Source: Caldilineaceae bacterium (lineage in GTDB: Bacteria; Chloroflexota; Anaerolineae; Caldilineales; Caldilineaceae). Taken from it: a stretch of DNA of 64,000 bases. Numbering within the stretch: position 1 is the stretch's first letter; every line of letters starts with the position of its first letter. The notes beneath the pieces are model-generated. The model did no database searches and was not told the DNA's origin. It saw only the letters and a list, made by a program, of their open reading frames with translations. This document shows, in pieces, positions 19,794-29,157 of the stretch. The stretch covers positions 1,189,577 through 1,253,576 of the forward strand of contig CBDBZO010000002.1 in NCBI GenBank assembly GCA_965213595.1, written 5' to 3'. The translations under genes were made by a program, and so were the position numbers.

Positions 19794-21650
19794 GTGAATA
19801 CGTTTCCCATTTCGCGCAGCCTCAAGCTCGGCAGCCTGCGACGCGCGACCACGCCGCGGCGCAGCAGACAACGCGCCGCCCCCGCGTCGCCGAATCCCCG
19901 GCTCAGTCCACGGGAAGAGCAGGCGCTCGCCCAGGCCGCGCGCCGCTTTTACGGCTTTTCCTCGCTGCGCCATCCACAGGCCGAAATCATGGCCTGCGTG
20001 CGCCGCGGCGAAGACGTACTGGCGATTTTGCCGACCGGCGCGGGCAAGTCGCTCTGCTACCAGCTGCCCGTCCTGCTCGATGCGCCAGAGCGCGGTCTCA
20101 CCCTCGTCGTCTCGCCGCTGATCGCGTTGATGAAGGACCAGGTGGACAACCTGCCCGCGCCGCTGCGCCAGCACGCCATTGCCGTCAACAGCAGCTTGCC
20201 CGATGTCGACGCCGCCGTGCGCGAGGTGGCGGCGGGGCGCTACCGGCTGGTCTACGTTGCGCCGGAGCGGCTGATGCAGCGGGCCTTTTTGCACGCGCTG
20301 CGCCAGGCGGGCGTGGCCCGGCTCGTGATCGACGAAGCGCACTGCGTCTCCGCCTGGGGCCACGACTTCCGCCCGGACTACCTCAACCTCTCCCGCATTC
20401 GCGCCGAGCTCTCGCGCGACGACGGCTCGGCCACGACCCAATCTCACGCGACCCAATTGCAAGGGGCGAGCGGCCCCGTGCCGCTGCTGGCGCTCACGGC
20501 CACCGCGCCGGCCCACGTTCGCGCCGACATGCAGCAGCGTCTGTTCAACACGGGCAAACGGCGCCCGCACGTCATCACCGCGGATACGTTTCGGCCCAAC
20601 CTGCACCTGAGCGCCGTTGTCGCCCCCAACAAAGACGACAAGCTGCGCCACCTCCTGCGCACCTGCCACCTCCTGGTGAACGACGGCTTTGCCACCGGCA
20701 TCGTCTACGCCCGCTCGCGCCAGCGCTGCGAGGAATTGGCGACGCTGCTTGCCCAGCAGGGGCTGCGCGCCGAAGCGTATCACGCAGGGCTGCGCGATCG
20801 CGCCGCCGTGCAGGAGCGCTTTATGCGGGGCGAAACGCCGATTATTGCCAGCACCATCGCCTTTGGCATGGGCGTCGATAAAGCCGACATTCGTTTCGTC
20901 GTCCACGACGGCCTGCCCGATTCCGTGGAATCGTACTACCAGGAGGCGGGTCGCGCCGGGCGGGATTGCCAGCCCGCTCGCTGCATTCTCCTCCACAGCC
21001 CCGGTGATCGGCTGCTGCTGGCCCGCCGGGCCAGCGAAAATCTGCTGGACGTGGATTTTCTCAACGCGCTCTATGATACGCTGCGCACGCACCTCGGTGC
21101 GCAGCCGGGCGACGTGCAGATCGTACACCCGCGCGACGTGCGCAGCCGCCTCAAGCGCAGCGAAGTCGACGTGCGCGTGGGGTTGAGCCTGCTGGAGCAG
21201 GCGGGGCTGCTTTCGCGGCGGCTGGACGTGCCCCGCTGGCTTACCCTACAGGCCACGGCCCCGCGCGAGGGGCGCTTTGGTGATTTTGCCGCATCCGTCA
21301 AATTGCCTCGCCAGCGCGACGCCCGCTATCCGTTTGAGCGGGCCAGCGAACTCAGCGGCGTGCCCGTGGATGCGCTGGAGGAATATCTGATCACGTGGCA
21401 GGCCCACGGGCTGCTGCGCTACGAGCCGAGCGGTCGTGGCCTGCTCTACACCGTCCACGATACGGCTCCGGACACCCGCACCCACATCGACCACTTGTTG
21501 GTGCAGTATCAGCAAACCCAACAGCAGCGCGTGGACGACATCGTCCACTACGCCACGACGACCACTTGCCGTCACGGGGTGCTGGCCGAGCGATTGGGCG
21601 GCGCGCGGCGCGAGCGCTGCGGCGCTTGTGATAACTGTTTGAGGCGCTGA
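19794..21650 (+). CDS. recQ: ATP-dependent DNA helicase RecQ
   Basis: FGFSSLRHPQAEIM...ILPTGAGKSLCYQLP...DEAHCVSAWGHDFRPDY...YHAGL...IAFGMGVDKADIRFVVH...YYQEAGRAGRD. GTG start assumed. Confidence 0.9.
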   Translation: MNTFPISRSLKLGSLRRATTPRRSRQRAAPASPNPRLSPREEQALAQAARRFYGFSSLRHPQAEIMACVRRGEDVLAILPTGAGKSLCYQLPVLLDAPERGLTLVVSPLIALMKDQVDNLPAPLRQHAIAVNSSLPDVDAAVREVAAGRYRLVYVAPERLMQRAFLHALRQAGVARLVIDEAHCVSAWGHDFRPDYLNLSRIRAELSRDDGSATTQSHATQLQGASGPVPLLALTATAPAHVRADMQQRLFNTGKRRPHVITADTFRPNLHLSAVVAPNKDDKLRHLLRTCHLLVNDGFATGIVYARSRQRCEELATLLAQQGLRAEAYHAGLRDRAAVQERFMRGETPIIASTIAFGMGVDKADIRFVVHDGLPDSVESYYQEAGRAGRDCQPARCILLHSPGDRLLLARRASENLLDVDFLNALYDTLRTHLGAQPGDVQIVHPRDVRSRLKRSEVDVRVGLSLLEQAGLLSRRLDVPRWLTLQATAPREGRFGDFAASVKLPRQRDARYPFERASELSGVPVDALEEYLITWQAHGLLRYEPSGRGLLYTVHDTAPDTRTHIDHLLVQYQQTQQQRVDDIVHYATTTTCRHGVLAERLGGARRERCGACDNCLRR

Positions 21651-21656
21651 GCTCTT

Positions 21657-23243
21657 ATGCAACTGACGCTTCGCGGACTCTCCTTGCTGTTGACCGGTGC
21701 AGTGCTGATTGCGCTGGGGCCGCTGGGCACGGCGTGGGGAATGATTGCGCTGGGGTGGTGGCTGCTGGCCGCGGCGCTGCTGCTGGCCGATTGGCGACTT
21801 GCCCCGCGGCGGGCGGATTGGTCGCTGGCGCGCCACCACGACCAGCGGCTGTCGCTGGCCACGCGCAACCGCATCGCCGTAACGGTGTGGCTACGCCCCG
21901 GCGCAACGCCCGTGCTGGGGCAAAGTCGACGCGTGCGCGTGTGGCTGCGGGATGATTTCCCCGGCGAGTTTTTACTGGTCACCAACGAGCGGGCGGAGTC
22001 GAACAGAGGAATAGGCGCGGGGGAAAATCACGTGGAAAGCGCGCTGGAGGACGCGAGCGAATTGACGACGGGCGCGGGTCGCCTGCTCTCCGCTCGCCTC
22101 GCGCCCGGCGTTGAGCACACGATTGCCTACCACCTGTGGCCACCGCGGCGGGGCGACTACCGCTTTGGCGATCTCTACCTGCGCTGGCTGTCGCCGCTGG
22201 GATTATGGCACAAGCAGGCGCGCTTCGACGCCGGTGAAACCATTAAAGTCTACCCTAATTTAATAGATATAAAGAAGTATGATCTGATGCTGCGTCGCAA
22301 TCGTCTAGCTGATATAGGGCTGCGGCGCACGCGCTTGATCGGCGGCGGCAGCGAGTTTGAGCGGCTGCGCGATTACGTGCCGGACGATGAGTACCGCCGC
22401 ATTGATTGGAAGGCCACGGCGCGTCGGGCCAAGCCCATTGCCGTCGAGTACGAGGTAGAACGCAGCCAAAACATTATTGCGCTCGTGGATATTGGCCGCA
22501 TGATGCGCGGCGCCATTGCGATAAATAGCGTAGTGGGCGACGCCGCAATTGGTCGTATCACAGCTGAACGCATCTCAGCAGGCCACAACGAGGTGACCCC
22601 GCTCGGCTCGAACCCGCGCCCCTCCGCTGCTTCCTCCGTTGAAACCGCTTCGGACTCTCTCGCAAACGCCGCTCCCCACGCCGCCAAGCTTGATTACGTG
22701 ATCAACGCCGTGCTGCTGCTAGCCTATGTCGCCACGCAGAAGGGCGATAAAATTGGTCTGCTCACCTTTGCAGACAGCGCGCAAACGTGGGTGGCGCCGC
22801 GTGGCGGCAAGCGTCAGTTTCAACATCTGCTCGAGGTGCTCTACGCGGTGGAGGCCCGGCGCGTTGAGCCAGATTACCACGAAGCGCTGAGCTACTTTGC
22901 CGCCAAGCAGAGCAAGCGCAGCCTCGCGATTGTGTTCACTGATTTTAGCGGCGGCAGCAGCACCGACGCGCTGGTCGCGCAGATGTCGCGGCTGCAGCGG
23001 CAGCACCTGACGCTGCTCGTCACCATCGGTGATCCAACGCTTTATGAAGCGGCGCAGCAGCCCGTGGTGGACGGAGCGACGCTGCACCGGCGCACGGTGG
23101 CCGAACGGCTGCTGGCCGAGCGTCGCGCCACGCTGGAGTCGCTGCGGCGGCGCGGCGTCTTCACCCTCGACGTGTCGGCCAGCGACTTGAGCATCTCGCT
23201 GATTGATCGCTACCTCCAACTCAAAGCCCGGCTTGCTGGTTGA
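21657..23243 (+). CDS. DUF58 domain protein (vWA-like, usually MoxR-associated)
   Basis: Two N-terminal TM helices, then GSEFERLRDYVPDDEYRRIDWKATARRAKPIAVEYEVERSQNIIALVD. No MoxR ATPase gene lies next to it. Confidence 0.75.
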   Translation: MQLTLRGLSLLLTGAVLIALGPLGTAWGMIALGWWLLAAALLLADWRLAPRRADWSLARHHDQRLSLATRNRIAVTVWLRPGATPVLGQSRRVRVWLRDDFPGEFLLVTNERAESNRGIGAGENHVESALEDASELTTGAGRLLSARLAPGVEHTIAYHLWPPRRGDYRFGDLYLRWLSPLGLWHKQARFDAGETIKVYPNLIDIKKYDLMLRRNRLADIGLRRTRLIGGGSEFERLRDYVPDDEYRRIDWKATARRAKPIAVEYEVERSQNIIALVDIGRMMRGAIAINSVVGDAAIGRITAERISAGHNEVTPLGSNPRPSAASSVETASDSLANAAPHAAKLDYVINAVLLLAYVATQKGDKIGLLTFADSAQTWVAPRGGKRQFQHLLEVLYAVEARRVEPDYHEALSYFAAKQSKRSLAIVFTDFSGGSSTDALVAQMSRLQRQHLTLLVTIGDPTLYEAAQQPVVDGATLHRRTVAERLLAERRATLESLRRRGVFTLDVSASDLSISLIDRYLQLKARLAG

Positions 23244-23338
23244 TGAGCTGTGTAGCGGGAGAAACGAATCAGCCAATCACGCCCGCTTCTGCCGCTCCCT
23301 ACAGCCGGGGCGGCAAACACTCTTGAAAAAGGCATTTT

Positions 23339-24820
23339 ATGGCTCAGACAAACGGCTCCCCCGCAATTCAACAAACGAGCGACCCGCTGACGGAGCGAGC
23401 GCTCCGCATTGCGGACAGCTTGATTCTAGTGGTGGATGATCACATGGCCAGCCTGCGCCAGCTAACGGGCGTGCTCAAGGAGGTGGGCTATCGCGTGCAT
23501 CCCCTGCCCAGCGGCGCCATGGCGCTGGAAGCCGCCAGCAAGCTGCCCATCGATTTGGTGCTGCTGGACGTGGGCCTCTCCGTTACCAGCGGCTTCGACG
23601 TCTGCCGCAGCCTGCAGATCGACCCGCGCACGGCGGATGTCCCGGTGATTTTCATCAGCGAGTACGACGAAGTCTTGGACAAGCTGATGGCCTTTGGCTT
23701 GGGCGGGACGGATTACGTAACCAAACCGTTTCACGTGGAAGAAATTCTGGCCCGCGTACAGACGCACCTGGCGCTGCGCCACTCGACGCGCCAGCTCCAG
23801 CAGGCCAAGGCGCAGCTCGAAGATGACGTGCGCGAACGCACGGCCATGCTGGAGGCGCTTTCCAGCGCAGCCAGCCACTTTGTGCCGCGCGAAACGATTG
23901 AACTGTTGGGCAAAGATAGCCTGTTGGACGTGCACCTGGGCGACGGCAAGCAGCTGGAGATGGCCGTCATGTTTGCCGATGTGCGCTCCTTCACCACGCT
24001 GGCGGAGGCGATGACGCCGGAGGAGAGCTTTGCGTTTTTGAACCAGTACTTTGGCTACGTAAGCCCCATCATCCGCGAAAATCACGGGCTGATCGATCAG
24101 TATATCGGCGACGGTATCACCGCGCTCTTTCCCCAGAGCGTCGAACACGCCATTGCGGCGGGCATTGAGATTCAGCAGAAGCTGCAGCAGATCAATCAGA
24201 GGCAGAAACAACAGGGCAAGCCCCTGATTCAAGCGGGCTTTTCCATTCACGCCGGTCCCGTGCGGCTGGGTATCGTGGGGGACGAGCAGCGCTTCCAGAG
24301 CACCGTTATTTCGGACGTGGTGAATACGGCGGGGCGGATGCAGCAGGTCAATAAGGATTATGGCGCACCGCTGGTGCTCAGCGAGCAGGCGCTCAAGATG
24401 TTGGAGGACAGGGAGCGCTATGCGTACCGATTTTTGAACAACGTACAGGTGAAGGGAAAGAGCCAGGCGATTTTTGTGTACGAGCTGCTGGAGCCCGCCT
24501 CCGACCCCTCGATCCAGAGCAAGCGGATGACGCAAACCGTCTTTGGCCGCGCGGTGAGGCACTTTGCCCGGACCGAATACAGCGAAGCGCTGCGCCTGTT
24601 TGAAAAAATTATTGAGCGCCACCCCGAGGATGAAGCGTCGCTAAACTACATGCAGCGCTGCTATGAGCACATTAACCACCCCGCGCTGTCGCCCTTCCCC
24701 GATAAGGCTATCGGATTGGAGCGGGGCCAGTCTGCAAGCGAGATGGTTCCGTGGCGCAACGGGATTGGAGCCGCTGATGTTCGGAACAATGGAGGCAACC
24801 GCAACGTACCTCGCCTCTAA
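23339..24820 (+). CDS. response-regulator receiver fused to a class III adenylate/guanylate cyclase
   Basis: LVVDDH...DLVLLDVGL...TKPF receiver, a coiled linker, then AVMFADVRSFTTLAE...QYIGDGITALF...IHAGPVRLGIVG cyclase core. Confidence 0.85.
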   Translation: MAQTNGSPAIQQTSDPLTERALRIADSLILVVDDHMASLRQLTGVLKEVGYRVHPLPSGAMALEAASKLPIDLVLLDVGLSVTSGFDVCRSLQIDPRTADVPVIFISEYDEVLDKLMAFGLGGTDYVTKPFHVEEILARVQTHLALRHSTRQLQQAKAQLEDDVRERTAMLEALSSAASHFVPRETIELLGKDSLLDVHLGDGKQLEMAVMFADVRSFTTLAEAMTPEESFAFLNQYFGYVSPIIRENHGLIDQYIGDGITALFPQSVEHAIAAGIEIQQKLQQINQRQKQQGKPLIQAGFSIHAGPVRLGIVGDEQRFQSTVISDVVNTAGRMQQVNKDYGAPLVLSEQALKMLEDRERYAYRFLNNVQVKGKSQAIFVYELLEPASDPSIQSKRMTQTVFGRAVRHFARTEYSEALRLFEKIIERHPEDEASLNYMQRCYEHINHPALSPFPDKAIGLERGQSASEMVPWRNGIGAADVRNNGGNRNVPRL

Positions 24821-24847
24821 GCTTAGCTGTGCTTCCAGCGCGCTGGC

Positions 24848-25843
24848 TTAACCGTCCCGCCGCTCGCTGGGAATGCGCCGCTTGGCCTCGATGAATTGGC
24901 GGTGGGGCAGCGCGAGGCTGTTGGCAATTTGATAGATCGCCTCAACTTCGTCGCTGGTAACAAAGCCATCCGCATCGGCCAGGGCAAAGAGCAAATCCAG
25001 CAGCCGCACTCCCTGTTCGGGGGTGATCTCGCTGGAGAGCTCGCGCACGAGCTGCATCGTATCCAGCTGCGGCCCCACTTCGGAGAGCGCCACCTCCGCC
25101 ACAAAGAGCGCCTCCTTCTGCGGCAGCGACCAGCGCTCGCGCAGCAGTTCGACCATCACGTCAAATTCCGCATCCGTCACTCCCTGGTCGACCTGCGCCA
25201 CGCGCGCCATCAGCCCCCCCACCGCGGCCAACCGCCGCAGCTCCTCATCAGCCACATTTAGCTCGATGTCGTTGTCGAACGTCGTGCCGCTGTGCGTCTC
25301 CTCCAGCCCGTCGTCGATGGGCGTGCCCCGCTGGAGCCGTCGCCGCAGGCCGTAGTAGACGCGGTTGCGCAGGTAGGCATCGAAGAATTGCTCGCGATTG
25401 GGCGCATCCTCCGGCGCAAGCGACGGCTGCGGACGCGCCAGCCCCAGCATCTGGCTCAGTCGGCTGCCCAGGCTGAGATCGACCGCTTCAATGGCCACCC
25501 GAATTTTGTGAATAACGTCGGCCTCACGCTGGCCCGTGCTGCCCGTTTCCTCCAGCGACTGCAGCGCATCCAGCGCAATCTGGCGATCGGCGGGCGTGCG
25601 CACGGCATCGCGCAGATTGTCCACCAGGCGCGCGCGCTCCGCCTCGTTGACGGGCGCGTTGATGTACATTTCCAACTGCGCCCAATCTTGGGCAGCGAGC
25701 TGCACGCCGCTGTTGTTGCTGCTCGGCAGGCGGTAGAGCAAGTCTTTGAGCCGGTTAACTTCGTCAACGGTCATTTCGTCGTCGGCCCAGGCGGCGGCTG
25801 CAATAACTTTGCCCAACGACATGATGAGTGCTTGGTTTGACAT
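24848..25843 (-). CDS. TerB-like (tellurite-resistance TerB fold) two-domain protein
   Basis: VIAAAAWADDEMTVDEVNRLKDLL and MARVAQVDQGVTDAEFDVMVELL...LFALADADGFVTSDEVEAIYQIA. I trimmed the start to ATG 25843 because the ORF-track extension to 25981 runs through a hairpin repeat. Confidence 0.65.
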   Translation of the reverse strand: MSNQALIMSLGKVIAAAAWADDEMTVDEVNRLKDLLYRLPSSNNSGVQLAAQDWAQLEMYINAPVNEAERARLVDNLRDAVRTPADRQIALDALQSLEETGSTGQREADVIHKIRVAIEAVDLSLGSRLSQMLGLARPQPSLAPEDAPNREQFFDAYLRNRVYYGLRRRLQRGTPIDDGLEETHSGTTFDNDIELNVADEELRRLAAVGGLMARVAQVDQGVTDAEFDVMVELLRERWSLPQKEALFVAEVALSEVGPQLDTMQLVRELSSEITPEQGVRLLDLLFALADADGFVTSDEVEAIYQIANSLALPHRQFIEAKRRIPSERRDG

Positions 25844-25856
25844 GGAATTCGGGGGG

Positions 25857-25992
25857 GTGAGTTGGTATCGTAAATTTGGTCGTTGGGTGGGTAGCTGGTA
25901 ATTGGAGATTAGTAACGGGTAATTGGAGGCTTCGTCAACTGACCAACCGCTAATTACCAATGACCCGTTATCAACTACCAACTAGCAACTAC
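25857..25992. repeat. hairpin of ggtaattgg/ccaattacc-type units
   Basis: ggtagctggtaattggagattagtaacgggtaattggagg ... ccaaccgctaattaccaatgacccgttatcaactaccaac. Confidence 0.6.
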
Positions 25993-26008
25993 GTGCGCAG
26001 CGCTCGAT

Positions 26009-26458
26009 CTATTGCTCAAAAATCCACTCGTCCGTATTGCGGTTCCAGTCGACCAAATCATCGCCAAACCACAGCTCCATCTCGCTTTGGGCGGTCTCCG
26101 GCCCGTCGCTGGCGTGGATGAGGTTGCGGCCAATTTCGAGGCCAAAGTCGGCGCGGATCGTGCCGGGCGCGGCGTCGGCAGGGTTGGTTGCGCCCACGGT
26201 GGAGCGGACGACGGCGATAGCGTTTGTGCCCTCCAGCACCATCGTCACCACCGGCGACTTGGTGATGTAGGAAATCAGCCCTTCGTAGAAAGGCTTGCCT
26301 TCGTGCACGGCATAGTGCTCGGAGGCCAGCTCGTTGCTCACCTGCACCATGCGCATGGCCGCGAGCTTGAGCCCGCGCTGCTCGAAGCGCTTGATAATTT
26401 CGCCCACCAGCCCGCGCTGCACGGCATCTGGCTTGAGGATGATAAATGTACGTTCCAT
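26009..26458 (-). CDS. ndk: nucleoside-diphosphate kinase
   Basis: MERTFIILKPDAVQRGLVGEIIKRFE...GATNPADAAPGTIRADF...NLIHASD. Confidence 0.97.
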   Translation of the reverse strand: MERTFIILKPDAVQRGLVGEIIKRFEQRGLKLAAMRMVQVSNELASEHYAVHEGKPFYEGLISYITKSPVVTMVLEGTNAIAVVRSTVGATNPADAAPGTIRADFGLEIGRNLIHASDGPETAQSEMELWFGDDLVDWNRNTDEWIFEQ

Positions 26459-26495
26459 AGGAATTGCTCCGTAGTTTTGGTTTCAGTTTAGAATT

Positions 26496-26597
26496 GCGTG
26501 GTGCGTGGTGCGTGGTGCGTAGTGCGTGAACTGGTAAATCCCACGGCGACATCGAACCACGCTGCCGAGTCAGCCAACAAGTTCACGCACTACGCAC
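26496..26597. repeat. hairpin of tandem 7-mers (gcgtggt x3, gcgtagt, gcgtgaa)
   Basis: 5' arm 26496-26530; reverse complement gttcacgcactacgcac at 26581-26597. Confidence 0.7.
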
Positions 26598-27438
26598 TGC
26601 TTACCATGCCCGATTCTAACAAAGCTGCTTCTTCGTGACCAACTTCGAGCGTCACGAATGAATCTGCGGCAGCTGCGGCAGCGGGGTGAAGATGCAGCCG
26701 TTCTCGGGTATACGTGCCGTCTGGGTCCATGCGCTGAAGGGGATCGTAGGCGAGGGCGCGGTCGTCGGCGTCGCCGGTGGCGGCAAGCACGGCCCAGGGC
26801 AGCAGCAGGTAACGCTGCCGTTCGACAAGCTGCCGAGCCAGCGCGTAGGCGTCGCGGGCCTGCCCCAGCTGCCACAGCGCGGCCATTTCGCCCATCGGAA
26901 AGTCCAGCCGCCGCGGGGCCGCTTCGCTCAGCGCGCGATAGGCCGCCGCCGCGTGTCGCCAGCGACCGGCGCGCAGGTAGAGCGCCGCCAAACAGGCCGC
27001 GTTGAGCGCCAGCACATCCGAGGCGGCGCTGGCGGCTTCGCTGCGGGGTTCATTGCGCGCGGGCAAATGGGTGCGCTGCACGCCCGCGCGAATGTCCGGC
27101 TGGTACGGGTCCAACTCCAGGGCGCGCTGCCAGGCGGCGTGGGCGCGCGGCCGATCCTCGTGCTGCTCAATCGCCATGGCCATGGCGCGCCACGCCAGCG
27201 GCTGGCCGGGGTCTGCCTGCAGGAGCCGTCGCCCCCATTCGCCGCCCTCGTCCCAGCGCTTCATCTGCCACAGCGCATTTAGCAGCCGCGCGTAAACCGC
27301 CAGCAGGCGCGGCTGTCGCATTAGCACCACCCGCGCCATATCAACCGCGCGCGCCGGTTGATTTTGCGTCAGCGCGGCATCCATGGACTGGAGCCAAGTG
27401 GCGAGCGGGGTCGAAACAGTTGGTGAGGAGTCGGCCAT
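26590..27438 (-). CDS. TPR-repeat protein
   Basis: Start at ATG 27438..27436 (MADSSPTV...), which overlaps the upstream stop as ATGA. The text is helical and repeat-like (AWRAMAMAIEQHEDRPRAHAAWQRALELDPYQPD). The ORF-track start at 27654 is an Arg-rich out-of-context extension. Confidence 0.65.
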   Translation of the reverse strand: MADSSPTVSTPLATWLQSMDAALTQNQPARAVDMARVVLMRQPRLLAVYARLLNALWQMKRWDEGGEWGRRLLQADPGQPLAWRAMAMAIEQHEDRPRAHAAWQRALELDPYQPDIRAGVQRTHLPARNEPRSEAASAASDVLALNAACLAALYLRAGRWRHAAAAYRALSEAAPRRLDFPMGEMAALWQLGQARDAYALARQLVERQRYLLLPWAVLAATGDADDRALAYDPLQRMDPDGTYTRERLHLHPAAAAAADSFVTLEVGHEEAALLESGMVSSA

Positions 27439-28493
27439 CACGTGAGGAAGTGCTTGGGCAGCGCTTTGAGATTGTGCAGCGAGGTGAGGCCGTCCACCAG
27501 CGGGGCCAAATCGCGCTCGCGGCCGCGCCATGCGCCGAAGGGATCGCTGGGTGTGCCGTCGCCGCTGAGGGTGCGCAGCGTGCTGAGCACGGCGTGGGGC
27601 AGCACCTCCAGGTGGTAGCCGCCCTCCAGCGCGCAGACGAGCCGCCCGTCGCACAGCTCGTCCGCCAGCGCCAGCAGCTCCTGCACCAGCGCCGTGTAGC
27701 CCACAATGCTCAGGTTGACGCCCGCCAGCGGGTCCATCCAGTGGGCATCGTAGCCCGCCGAGAGCAAAATCAGCCCCGGCTGAAAATCACGCGCCGCCGG
27801 GGCCAGCACGCGCCGAAAGGCATCGAGCACGCCCGCGTCGCCAGCCGCCGCAGGCAGCGGCACGTTGATGGTTGTGCCGTACGCAAATTCCGAGCCAATT
27901 TCCTCCGCCGCGCCCGTGCCGGGGTAGTAGGGGTACTGATGCGTACTGAAAAAGAGCACGGTGGGATCATCGTAGAAAATATCCTGCGTGCCGTTGCCGT
28001 GGTGCACATCAAAATCGACGATGAGGACGCGCTCGACGCCGTGCTGCTGCTGGGCATGGCGCGCCGCAACGGCGACGTTGGCAAGCAGGCAAAAGCCCAT
28101 GCCGCGGTGAGCCAGCGCGTGGTGGCCGGGCGGGCGCACGAGCGCGAAGCCGTTGTCCGCCTCTCCGCTCAGCACGGCGTCCGTCACCTGCAGGAGGCCG
28201 CCTACCGAACGCAACGCCGCCTCGTAAGAGTCCGGCCCGACGTAGGTGTCGCTGTCGAAGCGACCGCCGCCCTGCTCGGCCATCGTGCGCAGCCGCTCGA
28301 CGTGCTGCGGCGTGTGCACGGCCAGCAGGCTTTCGTGGCTCGCCGGGCAGCTCTGCACGCGCTGGAGACGTCGCACGATGCCGTCGCTCTGCAGCAGTGC
28401 CCACGTGGATTCGAGGCGTCGGTAATTTTCGGGGTGGCCCTCCTGCGTGTGGCGGCGGCTGAAGGGGTCGTATGTAAAGGCGGTGCGGGTCAT
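27438..28493 (-). CDS. histone deacetylase-family (AcuC/HDAC-like) amidohydrolase
   Basis: LVRPPGHHA...GFCLLANVA...[38 protein letters not shown]. Confidence 0.9.
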   Translation of the reverse strand: MTRTAFTYDPFSRRHTQEGHPENYRRLESTWALLQSDGIVRRLQRVQSCPASHESLLAVHTPQHVERLRTMAEQGGGRFDSDTYVGPDSYEAALRSVGGLLQVTDAVLSGEADNGFALVRPPGHHALAHRGMGFCLLANVAVAARHAQQQHGVERVLIVDFDVHHGNGTQDIFYDDPTVLFFSTHQYPYYPGTGAAEEIGSEFAYGTTINVPLPAAAGDAGVLDAFRRVLAPAARDFQPGLILLSAGYDAHWMDPLAGVNLSIVGYTALVQELLALADELCDGRLVCALEGGYHLEVLPHAVLSTLRTLSGDGTPSDPFGAWRGRERDLAPLVDGLTSLHNLKALPKHFLT

Positions 28494-28780
28494 GGGGTTG
28501 CTTTTGCGTCTAGAATTGCGTAGGCTTTGACTTTAAGCAACGCAAACAGTTGATCCATCTGGACAAAACGGTCTAGCTCTACCTCTTCGTGTGTTGTCAG
28601 ATTGTCCCATCGATTGATTTCAATGAGTTCACTAAATCGCGCTTGTGCTTCGGGCGAGAATTTGTAGTTTGCAATCTCTTGTGTTGTGGGCCCACAGGCC
28701 AAAAATTCAAGCGCCTCTTCGTAAAATGGCAGCGAAGATTGAGTGCCACTCATTTGACTTTCCTCATCAAATTTGCACAT
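28490..28780 (-). CDS. hypothetical 96-aa helical protein (AT-rich cassette 1)
   Basis: [71 protein letters not shown]. Its stop overlaps the HDAC start (ATGA). Its start overlaps the XisI stop (TAATG). Confidence 0.55.
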   Translation of the reverse strand: MCKFDEESQMSGTQSSLPFYEEALEFLACGPTTQEIANYKFSPEAQARFSELIEINRWDNLTTHEEVELDRFVQMDQLFALLKVKAYAILDAKATP

Positions 28781-29133
28781 TACTGCGCCGGTTGTAACGC
28801 CAGATACTCTGGGTGGCGCGCAAAGGCTTGATACTCGGGCGGCAAAAAGCTTAGAAAAATTCGTTCGGCGGGCACGCCCATCTCGACCAAGCGCGAGGCC
28901 ACGAAGTCTTCGGTATTGTTAGCCTGAATAATGATGTTGCCCTCTCGAATGTCGATATGCACGAGGCAGAAGTGAATCCGCCGTTCACCAGACCAGCCAA
29001 GATTCATCACAATATAGCGCTGTCGCTCGTCATCGAAAATCACTTCATCCTTCGAGTGCTGAGTTGAAATCTTTTCGTATTCGCTCAAAAGACGCTTAAC
29101 GCATTGCTGATGAAACTTGATACCGTTTCTCAT
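28780..29133 (-). CDS. XisI-family protein (no adjacent XisH)
   Basis: LLSEYEK...VIFDDERQRYIVMNLGWSGERRIHFCLVHIDIREGNIIIQANNTE...LVEMGVPAERIFLSF matches my memory of cyanobacterial XisI almost motif for motif. Confidence 0.75.
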   Translation of the reverse strand: MRNGIKFHQQCVKRLLSEYEKISTQHSKDEVIFDDERQRYIVMNLGWSGERRIHFCLVHIDIREGNIIIQANNTEDFVASRLVEMGVPAERIFLSFLPPEYQAFARHPEYLALQPAQ

Positions 29134-29157
29134 TTTGCCGAGTTATCTTTTCGCTTG

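Noticed and set aside
19634-19852. 72-aa minus-strand ORF upstream of recQ as a divergent small gene.
   Set aside because: It has no recognisable motif and overlaps the probable recQ 5' end and promoter region. Its composition is not distinguishable from the background.
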